From NCBI GenBank assembly GCA_964012805.1, contig CAXGUD010000020.1, positions 1 to 64,000 of the forward strand: 64,000 nucleotides of DNA. The letters are read 5' to 3'. Positions 29,912 through 38,513 of the stretch are shown here, piece by piece. The notes under the pieces were generated by a model, which was given only the letters and a program-made list of their open reading frames with translations, searched no databases and was not told where the DNA came from. This DNA is from an uncultured Bacteriovoracaceae bacterium (GTDB lineage: Bacteria; Bdellovibrionota; Bacteriovoracia; Bacteriovoracales; Bacteriovoracaceae). Position numbers and translations under genes: made by a program. Position 1 is the stretch's first letter. Every line of letters starts with the position of its first letter.

Positions 29912-31561
29912 CTAATTTAGGATAACCTTATCTACCTTTGAATTAAATAATTTTTCTGCCTCTTGAATCATTGGATGAGACTTAAGCTCTTGCTTATTTT
30001 TTTCACTTAAAAGTTCATCTCTTTTTTGATTCTTTTCGGCAACACTTAAAAACTCTTCCTTTAGCCCTTGCTCTTTCGTTAGAAGGTTTAATTTTATATC
30101 AACACCTCTAAGGGGAACATCAAAGAACTCGGAAATAAAGCTTTCTAAACGCTTTTTAGTTTCACCTTCATTTAAATGCTCCCAAAAAACTTTAGCACTC
30201 TCTTTAAAGCCATATTCTATCTTTAAATTATTATCGAGAAGGTTCAATTTCTCTACAATACTTCCCTGCTCAAGGTTGGATGCTGTCGCTGGAGAAGACT
30301 TTTCTAAAAAAGAGAAAAAAGATTCCCAAGTTTTTGGTTTATTAGTAGAAACAATCGGCTGAGAATTAATATCTAAGTTAGGCTTTTTTTTTTCTTCGGT
30401 GACGTTTACAACCACCTCTCCTTTTGGAAGCAAAGGCGCAGAAACAACCTTATTACTTTGGTCGTTCACTTTATTAAAAAATGTTCTTCTGAGACAAACC
30501 TTTTGAAGAGCGATTTCAAAAACCTTTTCAGGTTCATATGTTTCAAGAATCCAAGTGGTGTCCTTCGATAAAGACTCAAAAATCCAGATAATCTCATCTA
30601 GAGAGAGTGTTTCTTTAATGGATTCAGAAAGGAAATTTTCCTGAACTAATTCATTTAATTTATCAGGGCTTCTTATTAGTTCATAAAAATAGTCTAATAT
30701 TGCCGTCATAATATTTTTGACAGAGACATTTTCAAGAAGAGTCTTTTGATAAAAACTCGAAAGCTCTTGAATATCTCCTCCCAAAATAGACGATACAAGC
30801 TTTTTAACAAAAGATAGCCGAGCTAATCCTAAAGAGAGAACAACAGCTTCTTCATCAATAAGATTGTCCTCACTAAAACTTAGAACCTGGTCCAATAGAG
30901 ACAAGGTATCTCTCACAGAACCCCTTCCTTGAATACAGATTTGCTTGAGAAGACTAGGTGCCTCAAAAACAACATTTTCTTGTTCAGCTATATATCCAAC
31001 ATGCTTCTCAAGTTCTCCAAGAGCTATATTTCGGCAATCGAACCTCTGACAACGAGAGAGTACCGTTCCCAGGAGCTTCTCCGGCTCTGTTGTAGCCATC
31101 AAAAAAATTATATGCTTAGGTGGCTCTTCTAATGTCTTCAATAATGCATTGAAAGCACTTACTGAAAGCATGTGAACTTCATCAATAATATAGACTTTGA
31201 AATCACCCCTTGTGGGTAAATAATGTATATTACTAATAAGGTCTCTAATATTTTCTACGCTGTTATTAGACGCTCCATCAATTTCTATAACATTCATCGA
31301 AGACTCAGAAGAAACTTCAATGCACGAAGGACAAACATTACAAGGGTTTCCATCAACGTCTAAAGATTCGCAACGAATTGCTTTAGCAAAAATCCTTGCT
31401 ATCGTTGTTTTCCCCACACCTCTTGTTCCAGAGAAAATATAGGCATGCCCTAACTTCTTTTTGGTAATAGAGTTCCTCAAAGATTGCGTAATATGCTTTT
31501 GGCCAATTACATCTTTAAATTTCTTTGGTCTCCATTTAAGTGCCAAAACTTGGTATGACAT
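29912..31561 (-). CDS. dnaX: DNA polymerase III subunit gamma/tau
   Basis: YQVLALKWRP, GTRGVGKTT, EIDGASN, IIDEVHML, LKTLEEPP and SRC motifs. Confidence 0.97.
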   Translation of the reverse strand: MSYQVLALKWRPKKFKDVIGQKHITQSLRNSITKKKLGHAYIFSGTRGVGKTTIARIFAKAIRCESLDVDGNPCNVCPSCIEVSSESSMNVIEIDGASNNSVENIRDLISNIHYLPTRGDFKVYIIDEVHMLSVSAFNALLKTLEEPPKHIIFLMATTEPEKLLGTVLSRCQRFDCRNIALGELEKHVGYIAEQENVVFEAPSLLKQICIQGRGSVRDTLSLLDQVLSFSEDNLIDEEAVVLSLGLARLSFVKKLVSSILGGDIQELSSFYQKTLLENVSVKNIMTAILDYFYELIRSPDKLNELVQENFLSESIKETLSLDEIIWIFESLSKDTTWILETYEPEKVFEIALQKVCLRRTFFNKVNDQSNKVVSAPLLPKGEVVVNVTEEKKKPNLDINSQPIVSTNKPKTWESFFSFLEKSSPATASNLEQGSIVEKLNLLDNNLKIEYGFKESAKVFWEHLNEGETKKRLESFISEFFDVPLRGVDIKLNLLTKEQGLKEEFLSVAEKNQKRDELLSEKNKQELKSHPMIQEAEKLFNSKVDKVILN

Positions 31562-31600
31562 AATAAACTCTTGAGCTCGAAAGGGATTGATGACATTAAG

Positions 31601-31704
31601 GCGGCAGCTAGATCACCTATCACATAACTTATTAGTTACCGTTGCTCCCTTCCGGGCCTGGCGGGGTTGGCTAAAAAAGCTATTGATAAGGACCTAACTA
31701 CCGC
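31601..31704 (-). ncRNA. ffs: Small SRP RNA (4.5S)
   Basis: Minus-strand long hairpin with complementary ends (GCGGTAGTTAG/CTAGCTGCCGC) and domain IV motif CAGGCCCGGAAGGGAGCA; upstream of dnaX. Confidence 0.9.
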
Positions 31705-31708
31705 GGCA

Positions 31709-31737
31709 ATAATAGGGCGTCCGTATTTCGATGTCAA
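31709..31737 (-). promoter_or_regulatory. Sigma-70 promoter of SRP RNA
   Basis: TTGACA-N17-TATTAT immediately upstream of ffs. Confidence 0.75.
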
Positions 31738-31759
31738 AGAAAATTTACATGATTAATGA

Positions 31760-31847
31760 TGGCGGAGAACAGGGGATTCGAACCCCCGATACCTTGCGGT
31801 ATACACGCTTTCCAAGCGTGCGCCTTCGACCACTCGGCCAATTCTCC
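31760..31847 (-). tRNA. tRNA-Ser(GGA)
   Basis: Cloverleaf with anticodon arm CACGC-TT-GGA-AA-GCGTG, long variable arm, GGTTCGAATC and encoded CCA. Confidence 0.95.
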
Positions 31848-31861
31848 AGAATAGAGGTCTT

Positions 31862-31890
31862 CTAGTACCACTGTATGGGCTGAGTGTCTA
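31862..31890 (-). promoter_or_regulatory. Possible sigma-70 promoter of tRNA-Ser(GGA)
   Basis: TAGACA-N17-TACTAG with extended TG. Confidence 0.4.
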
Positions 31891-31913
31891 GGTTTTGAAA
31901 AGACATTATAAAG

Positions 31914-32405
31914 CTAAAAATTATTGTGACGCCTGTATGATTTTCTTTTATCTTTAAAAAAAGTTGATAGAATTCTTGAGCACTCAAAATGACGCACACC
32001 ACCTATTACTTCGAAATTATGATTTAGTCTTTTGTCTTTATAGAGGTTATAGCCAAGGCTAATTGACCCCCCTTTTGGGTCGTATGCACCAAAAACTAAA
32101 CATTTAATTCTTGCTTGAACCATTGCTCCCAAGCACATGGGGCAAGGCTCTAAAGTTGTGTACAAGGTATAGCCCTCAAGCCTCCAGTTTTTTTTCACCC
32201 TACCAGTCTCGGTAAGGGCAAGAACCTCTGCATGACCACATGGATCAAAAAGTTTTTCTTTTTGATTAAATGACTTTGTAACGATTTTACCATCCGGGTC
32301 AGTAATAACGACCCCAATCGGCACCTCTTCATTCCTAAAAGCATTTTCAGCTTCTTCCAAAGCAATTCCCATATTCCAAACATGATCATTTAATGTCATT
32401 TTCAT
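31914..32405 (-). CDS. tadA: tRNA adenosine(34) deaminase
   Basis: EVPIG, HAE, TLEPCPMC and GAYDPKG motifs. Confidence 0.92.
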   Translation of the reverse strand: MKMTLNDHVWNMGIALEEAENAFRNEEVPIGVVITDPDGKIVTKSFNQKEKLFDPCGHAEVLALTETGRVKKNWRLEGYTLYTTLEPCPMCLGAMVQARIKCLVFGAYDPKGGSISLGYNLYKDKRLNHNFEVIGGVRHFECSRILSTFFKDKRKSYRRHNNF

Positions 32406-33162
32406 TTTTTTTCGCCAATTTAAAGCGGCTTTTCCTTTTTTGAAGGTCCTCTTCTTTCCAACTTTCTACAAAACTTTTAAATCCCTCTTTTTCATCCTCA
32501 GAGCGAAAAGCGAACCTAACACCGTAAGTTATCCCTCGCCCCATAAGAACTTCTCTCTTAGAAACCACCTCAACTTTGAAGTCTAGTTCCCTAAAGTCCG
32601 TTTTTAACAAAACTAAAAGAGGTTCGCCAATCGGAAAGTCTTCAAATAGTGTTATACAACCCGCACCTCTTCTTACATCCGTCAAACGACCATTAATTTT
32701 TTTTTCTTTTCTAACATCTGAAAACTGGTAAACCAGAATTTTTACGTCATTTCTATATCTAAAATCATAAATCCACCACTTAACCATTGGGTAGTAAATA
32801 GGAGAGGATAAGGTATACATCTCCATAAAGAGGAATAATATGGCCAAAAGGTAGTTATAGCTTATTATTGAAGTTTGAAACGTGAAGATACCTTGAAAAA
32901 ATCCTACGATAAGATAAAGCATCAAACAGACTGAAAAGGTCCAATAACTATAATACAAGTTTTGAATGACCCTAAAATATAGCCTATAGATAAAACCAAA
33001 AATAATTAGTTTAAAAAAGCCTTCTAAGCCTATAAAGCCATAGGATATTTCCAATAGTAATCCTATAACTGTTAGACTTAAATGGATCCAGTTTAACAGC
33101 CTAACTCTGTCAAACTCTCTTTTTAGCTTAAGACTAGAAAAACCTATTTTCATAGAAAACAT
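32386..33162 (-). CDS. Multi-TM membrane protein with C-terminal PilZ-like domain
   Basis: About four N-terminal hydrophobic helices, then GRLTDV..G and YGVRF beta-barrel pattern. Confidence 0.5.
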   Translation of the reverse strand: MFSMKIGFSSLKLKREFDRVRLLNWIHLSLTVIGLLLEISYGFIGLEGFFKLIIFGFIYRLYFRVIQNLYYSYWTFSVCLMLYLIVGFFQGIFTFQTSIISYNYLLAILFLFMEMYTLSSPIYYPMVKWWIYDFRYRNDVKILVYQFSDVRKEKKINGRLTDVRRGAGCITLFEDFPIGEPLLVLLKTDFRELDFKVEVVSKREVLMGRGITYGVRFAFRSEDEKEGFKSFVESWKEEDLQKRKSRFKLAKKNENDIK

Positions 33163-33591
33163 TATCCCAAAAAACTTAGATTATTCTCCTATGCAAAAAC
33201 ATCCCTTTCTTTTGGATCAATAATATTCAATAAAATCAAACTGAAAGCCTTTCACGGCTTGGAATTAGATCAACGGATTTAAATTTGTAAACTGGTCTCT
33301 TTTACACTAGGATCTTTAGTCAATAAGGTTTATAAAAACCACTAGCAATGGCTTTCAGAGAATTTAAAGTATATTTCTTCTTTTTCCACATTGGTGCTTT
33401 TGAGAGGTTGTACTTTTTTTGAACCCCTTAATTCATCTACCCACTCTTTGGAGTGAGTCTTTGGATGCCCTAGAAAAAAAGACAATTAATTAACAGCCTT
33501 ATGTTGCCTTTTCTTGTTTTAAAAAAGTGGTCCCATAGGACCAAAAACCCAAATTTAACTATTAACTATATGGAAAATACATGTGGTGAAA

Positions 33592-33668
33592 TGGCGCAGC
33601 CGGCAGGAGTCGAACCTGCGACCACTTGATTCGTAGTCAAGTACTCTATCCAGCTGAGCTACGGCTGC
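33592..33668 (-). tRNA. tRNA-Arg(ACG)
   Basis: Cloverleaf with anticodon arm CTTGA-CT-ACG-AA-TCAAG, GGTTCGACTC and encoded CCA. Confidence 0.95.
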
Positions 33669-33677
33669 GTAAGAAAA

Positions 33678-33706
33678 TTTATAGTTACTCTAAAAAGTTA
33701 TGTCAA
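33678..33706 (-). promoter_or_regulatory. Sigma-70 promoter of tRNA-Arg
   Basis: TTGACA-N17-TATAAA. Confidence 0.65.
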
Positions 33707-33750
33707 GAAAGTAACTTTGTAGAAATTAGAGTATAGGAGATGAAGTAAGA

Positions 33751-33839
33751 TGGCGGAAGCGAGAGGATTCGAACCTCCGGAACCACAAGGGTTCAACACC
33801 TTAGCAAGGTGCCGCCTTCGACCACTCGGCCACGCTTCC
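33751..33839 (-). tRNA. tRNA-Ser(GCT)
   Basis: Anticodon arm GCACC-TT-GCT-AA-GGTGT, long variable arm and encoded CCA. Confidence 0.95.
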
Positions 33840-33847
33840 GATATAAA

Positions 33848-33935
33848 TGGCGGAGGACACAGGATTCGAACCTGCGGTCCCGTGAAGGACAATGGTTTTC
33901 AAAACCACCGCTTTCGACCACTCAGCCAATCCTCC
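33848..33935 (-). tRNA. tRNA-Ser(TGA)
   Basis: Anticodon arm GTGGT-TT-TGA-AA-ACCAT, long variable arm and encoded CCA. Confidence 0.95.
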
Positions 33936-33951
33936 AGCATATTAGAGACGC

Positions 33952-33980
33952 ATCTTAGGATAGAGGGTTCTTTTTGACAA
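33952..33980 (-). promoter_or_regulatory. Sigma-70 promoter of tRNA-Ser pair
   Basis: TTGTCA-N17-TAAGAT. Confidence 0.65.
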
Positions 33981-33992
33981 CCAAAAAAGACC

Positions 33993-35273
33993 TTATTTCT
34001 TACCAATGGTCTTTAAGCCTCCCATATAGGGCTGGAGTACTTCAGGAACAGAAATACTACCGTCTTCTTCCTGATAGTTTTCTAAAATGGCAACAAGTGT
34101 CCTTCCAACAGCTAAGCCTGACCCATTAAGCGTATGAGCAAAAGTTGGCTTTCCCTCATCATTTCTATATCTTATATTCGCTCGTCGAGCTTGGAAATCT
34201 CCGCAATTAGAAACCGATGAGATTTCTCTATAACAACCTTGCGCAGGGAGCCAAACCTCGAAGTCTATACATTTTCTGGCACCAAACCCAATATCTCCTC
34301 CACAAAGAAGCATTTCACGGTAAGGCAGCTCAAGCTTTTCGAGCAGGTGCCTTGCTTGACCAATCATTTCCTCATGAGCATCTTGAGATTTATCAGACTC
34401 AACAATAAAAACCATTTCAACTTTATTAAATTGGTGAAGCCTAATTAAGCCTCTTGTATCTTTTCCATGAGAACCTGCCTCACTTCTAAAGCATGGCGTA
34501 AATGAGCAAAATTTATGGGGTAACTCACTTTTATTAAAGAGCTCATTCTTCCTCAAATTAGTCAAAGGAACTTCAGAAGTGGGAATCAAATACCAGTTTT
34601 TCCCTTCCATCTGTAGCTTAAATAAGTCGTCCTCAAACTTAGGTAATTGGCCAGTGCCATAAAGAGTGTCGTCGTTAACAATTAGTGGAGGGATAACTTC
34701 TTCGTATCCTTTCTTTAAATGCTCTTCTAAAAAGAAGTTAATAAGTGCTCTTTCAAGTCTGGCCAAATCACCCTTCAATACACTAAATCGTGCTCCTGTT
34801 AACTTTGATGCACGCTCAAAATCAAGAAGACCTAATTTTTCACCTAATTCAACATGGTCTTTAACTTCGAATGAGAATGATTTTGGAATTCCCCATTTTC
34901 TGACCTCTACATTATCATCTTCACTTTGCCCGCTAGGCACATCAGAGTCTAACAAATTAGGAATTGTAGACAATTTCGATTTAAGCTCAACTTCAACGAC
35001 TTCTAGTTCTTTCTCGTTTGAAATGCTCTTCTCTTTTAATTCTTGAACTCTCTTCATTTGGTTTGACGCATCACCGCCACTCTTTTTAATAACACCAATT
35101 TCTTTAGAAGCTTTTTTAACTTCTGCTCTAGTATTTTCTACAAGCTGTATGAGCTCTCTCCTTTTTCCACTTAAGCCCAAAACATTTTCAAAGGATGTTA
35201 AATCAAAGTTCCTTTTTAGAAGATTCTTTTTAACTTCATCAGAATTAGACTCGAAATACTTGATGTCGTGCAC
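33993..35273 (-). CDS. serS: Serine--tRNA ligase
   Basis: GTGQLPKF, LIPTSEVP, FRSEAG, RLHQFNKVE, YREISS.SNC and HTLNGSGLAVGR motifs. Confidence 0.98.
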   Translation of the reverse strand: MHDIKYFESNSDEVKKNLLKRNFDLTSFENVLGLSGKRRELIQLVENTRAEVKKASKEIGVIKKSGGDASNQMKRVQELKEKSISNEKELEVVEVELKSKLSTIPNLLDSDVPSGQSEDDNVEVRKWGIPKSFSFEVKDHVELGEKLGLLDFERASKLTGARFSVLKGDLARLERALINFFLEEHLKKGYEEVIPPLIVNDDTLYGTGQLPKFEDDLFKLQMEGKNWYLIPTSEVPLTNLRKNELFNKSELPHKFCSFTPCFRSEAGSHGKDTRGLIRLHQFNKVEMVFIVESDKSQDAHEEMIGQARHLLEKLELPYREMLLCGGDIGFGARKCIDFEVWLPAQGCYREISSVSNCGDFQARRANIRYRNDEGKPTFAHTLNGSGLAVGRTLVAILENYQEEDGSISVPEVLQPYMGGLKTIGKK

Positions 35274-35294
35274 AACAACCTCTTTGTGAAATAG

Positions 35295-38200
35295 TTACTT
35301 TAATCTTTTGATAATATCTTGAATCTTTTGCTTATCTGGAGCTAACTTATTGACTTCTAAGTAGTTTTTATAAGATTCGATAGCAAAGCCAAGCTCACCT
35401 CTTGCTGTATAGGCTTCTCCTAGCAATTTGTAAATAGAAGCATTGCTCAAATCCTCATTATTGGCCCTTTTATAAAGATCGACAGCTTCATTGTATTTGC
35501 CTTGACCTAATTTAATTTTACCCAAGCCAATAAGTGCTTCAACACTTCTAGGGTTAATTCTTAAAGCTTTTTCATAATATCCAATAGATTTTCTAGCAAA
35601 ATTAAGAATTTTATTTTTATCCCGGGCTTTTTCTCTTTCTTTGCTAAAAATCTTACCTGCCATAAGAAACCCGAACTCACTATTTGGATTCAATTTCATT
35701 TCTTCTTCAGCAAACTCTTTAGCTTTTTTAAAGTTTCCGGCCGCTAAGTAACCTTTAGCCATAGAAAAGTTAACTTTAGGAAACGAAGGTAACCATTCTT
35801 TTAACTCCTTAAACTCGTTTAACGATTTTTTAAATTCCTTTCTTTTAAAATATAACTCAGCTAATAACATCCTCGTCTCAAGATTACCGGGATAAATATT
35901 TAATAATTTTTTGGCATAAGAAATTACATCATCTTGTTTATCTTCTATGGTTGCTGATTTAATAAGAAATTTATAAAAACTTGGATCCGTCTGGGCCATA
36001 CTTTCGATTTTTTGCTTTTGGTTTTCAAACTGGTTTAGCTGACCGCTCTTATAATAATAAATAGCGATATCAGCAAGAACCTTTGGGTTATCAGGATGTT
36101 CTTTTAATAAATCCCTTAAATATCCTATTGCAGTATCTGAACTTTCAAGTTCGTACAAAATTTTGGCCCAAAGGACTTTATAATCTACATTTAAAGGGTC
36201 TAAAGCTATGGCCTTAGAAAGATTCATTCTTGCATTTGGATATTTTCTTAAGAGTAAATAGACTTCTGCCAATCTAAAAATAGTTTCATCTTTAAGCGGA
36301 TTAATTTTTATACTTTTATTTAGATTTTTTATTGCATTTTGATAATCTTTTTTCTTTAGATAATAATTTGCAAGTAAAGCTGGATATTCAGAAGTCGAAA
36401 CAAAATTTTGAAATTCCCTTTTATTCAACATAATATCAAGTTCGTTTTTTGCACTATCAAGTTTATATGAATTGATATAGGCATTAATGAGAGCTTGGTT
36501 TACTTCAATATTTTTTGGAAAATCATTACGAAGGTCCTCTAGTCTTTTTATTGCTGACTTATGGTAGCCTCTTTTTATTTGTATCTTGGCCAATAATAAG
36601 TGTGGTGGTATAAAGGAATCTGATAAATCAACCGCTTTTACACCTAAAGTTAAAGCTTCAGACCATTTTTTTTCTTTCATAGCTTTTTCTGACTGCTTCA
36701 TGAAATCAATAATCTTACTTCTTATAATTAAATTTTTGACTACGTCTTCGCCTTTAACAGCTAAAGTCGCTAATCTAGCCCTTAGACTTGTGGATTCTTT
36801 TATTTTAAGTGCTTTATTAAAGTACTTAGCAGCTTCTTTGAAAAAAGCATCTTTTTTCTTAACATCTTTTTGTGTATTTGCTCTAAGAATGCTTCTTAAG
36901 CCCATATTTTCTAAAAATAGAGAATAAAAGTAAGGGGATTTGCCTGCATCTAATCTTCTTATATAGCCTAGAGTCCTTTCGAAACTCTTAATATCACCTG
37001 AACGTAGATAATATTTAAGAATTTCGAGTCTTAAAGATACTTTTTTAGGATAATTTTTGATTCCCTCTTCAAGAATTTTTTGCCCAGAATTAAAATCCTG
37101 ATTTAATTCAAAATATTCACTGACAAATTTAAAAATTTTATAATCCCAATTTTTTTTAAGCGGAATAATTTTTTTGTAAGCTTTAGAAGCTTTTTCTAAC
37201 TGACCAGCTTTAACAAGAACATGAAGGTATAGACCTAAAATATTTAAATCGGGCTTTTTTACTCTTAGAAAGTTTTCGATAGTATTTAAGGCCGTTAATT
37301 TTTTTTCAAAAAACAAATAAAAGTGCGTTGTTCCTATTACCATATTAGAGTCATTTAATAGTTTATTCCTTCCTAAGTTAATAATTTTAAAAAGAGTATT
37401 TCCTGCTTTTTCAGGATTTTTTGAGTTAGGCAATAATTCAGAATAAACTAAAACTAAAAAACCAAGAGCTTCATTTTCTCTAAACTTATGAGATAAAGAT
37501 AAATTAAAAAAGTTTGCAGCTGATATTTTAGAAATATAAGTACCTTTTTTATATGATTCTATTCCTTTCGCAAAAAACTCTCTACTTTTTTTAAAGTCTT
37601 CATATTCTTTCTGGAACGGAAAAGAAATAACAGGCCTCTTTATTTTTATTGGGGTTTCAATTGTAACGACTTTTTTTTCTTCAAATATTTCTGAAAAAAA
37701 GAAAAAAAGAAAAAAAATACCAAAACCAACTTGTATAACCTTTTTTCGGGAATTTTTTTTTGCATTTTGTTCTTTCTCTATTTCATCCTTAAGGGGATCT
37801 TCCTCATCATCGTCTGAACTTTCATTATCTTCATTTAGTACACTTTCGTCGAAAACTTTTTCTGAGTTTTCTATATCATTTTTTAAATCATCTATTAAAT
37901 CTTGAATAGAAACTTCTTTAGTTTTTTCATCGAAACTAATTATTTCTTTTTTTTCTATCGTATCTAATGCTTTGTTGTCGTCTTTTACATCATTTTTTTT
38001 TGTATTTTGTTCATCCAATTCATCTTTAACATTTTCTATTAAATAAGTTTTATCATAGTTAGTGTTTTCGCTAAAGACACCGTCATCTTCATCATCATCT
38101 TTATAGTCTTCATCATTTTCACTGCTTAAAGAATTAGCCTCTTCTTCAGCATCTAGCCTAACTTCTTCTGTTTCCTCAACATTATCTTTATTTAAGTCAT

Positions 38201-38453
38201 AATCTAGACTCTCATCTTTAGGAATAATAAACTTTTTGGAGTCAAGGTCACTGTCTTCTACTGGAGAAGTATACTCTTGATCACTAAGAAATCTTAGTAT
38301 TTTATGTGCTTCTTCCCAATTCCCCTTGGGAAATTCTTTGCATAAAAAGGAGGGTTCAAATTTTTTTTGTTTATACAAAATTTCCATTTGATTTTCGTCA
38401 AATGGCCCCAAAATTCTATTATTTTTTAATTTAATTTGAAATTTTTTTTCCAT
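35295..38453 (-). CDS. Large bitopic TPR protein: N-terminal GYF_2-like domain, acidic linker, one TM, about 800-aa TPR region
   Basis: N-terminal FQIK..N.RILGPF...W pattern; D/E-rich linker; KK-flanked TM VIQVGFGIFFLFFFF; many TPR-type repeats (e.g. YEKALRINPRSVEALIGLG). Confidence 0.75.
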   Translation of the reverse strand: MEKKFQIKLKNNRILGPFDENQMEILYKQKKFEPSFLCKEFPKGNWEEAHKILRFLSDQEYTSPVEDSDLDSKKFIIPKDESLDYDLNKDNVEETEEVRLDAEEEANSLSSENDEDYKDDDEDDGVFSENTNYDKTYLIENVKDELDEQNTKKNDVKDDNKALDTIEKKEIISFDEKTKEVSIQDLIDDLKNDIENSEKVFDESVLNEDNESSDDDEEDPLKDEIEKEQNAKKNSRKKVIQVGFGIFFLFFFFSEIFEEKKVVTIETPIKIKRPVISFPFQKEYEDFKKSREFFAKGIESYKKGTYISKISAANFFNLSLSHKFRENEALGFLVLVYSELLPNSKNPEKAGNTLFKIINLGRNKLLNDSNMVIGTTHFYLFFEKKLTALNTIENFLRVKKPDLNILGLYLHVLVKAGQLEKASKAYKKIIPLKKNWDYKIFKFVSEYFELNQDFNSGQKILEEGIKNYPKKVSLRLEILKYYLRSGDIKSFERTLGYIRRLDAGKSPYFYSLFLENMGLRSILRANTQKDVKKKDAFFKEAAKYFNKALKIKESTSLRARLATLAVKGEDVVKNLIIRSKIIDFMKQSEKAMKEKKWSEALTLGVKAVDLSDSFIPPHLLLAKIQIKRGYHKSAIKRLEDLRNDFPKNIEVNQALINAYINSYKLDSAKNELDIMLNKREFQNFVSTSEYPALLANYYLKKKDYQNAIKNLNKSIKINPLKDETIFRLAEVYLLLRKYPNARMNLSKAIALDPLNVDYKVLWAKILYELESSDTAIGYLRDLLKEHPDNPKVLADIAIYYYKSGQLNQFENQKQKIESMAQTDPSFYKFLIKSATIEDKQDDVISYAKKLLNIYPGNLETRMLLAELYFKRKEFKKSLNEFKELKEWLPSFPKVNFSMAKGYLAAGNFKKAKEFAEEEMKLNPNSEFGFLMAGKIFSKEREKARDKNKILNFARKSIGYYEKALRINPRSVEALIGLGKIKLGQGKYNEAVDLYKRANNEDLSNASIYKLLGEAYTARGELGFAIESYKNYLEVNKLAPDKQKIQDIIKRLK

Positions 38454-38513
38454 CTATGTGCTATTTTACGTCTAGTTCCATTAATCTATATAACCAAAAT
38501 TGAAAATTTCCCT

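Noticed and set aside
33848..33935. Possible selenocysteine or suppressor tRNA
   Set aside because: Anticodon TGA reads the Ser codon UCA; tRNA-Sec would have anticodon TCA.
31760..33935. Prophage or integrative element at the tRNA genes
   Set aside because: No integrase gene and no duplicated tRNA 3' end is visible.
33698..33977. ORFs 33698-33892 (-) and 33750-33977 (+)
   Set aside because: They overlap the tRNA-Ser genes and are chance translations.
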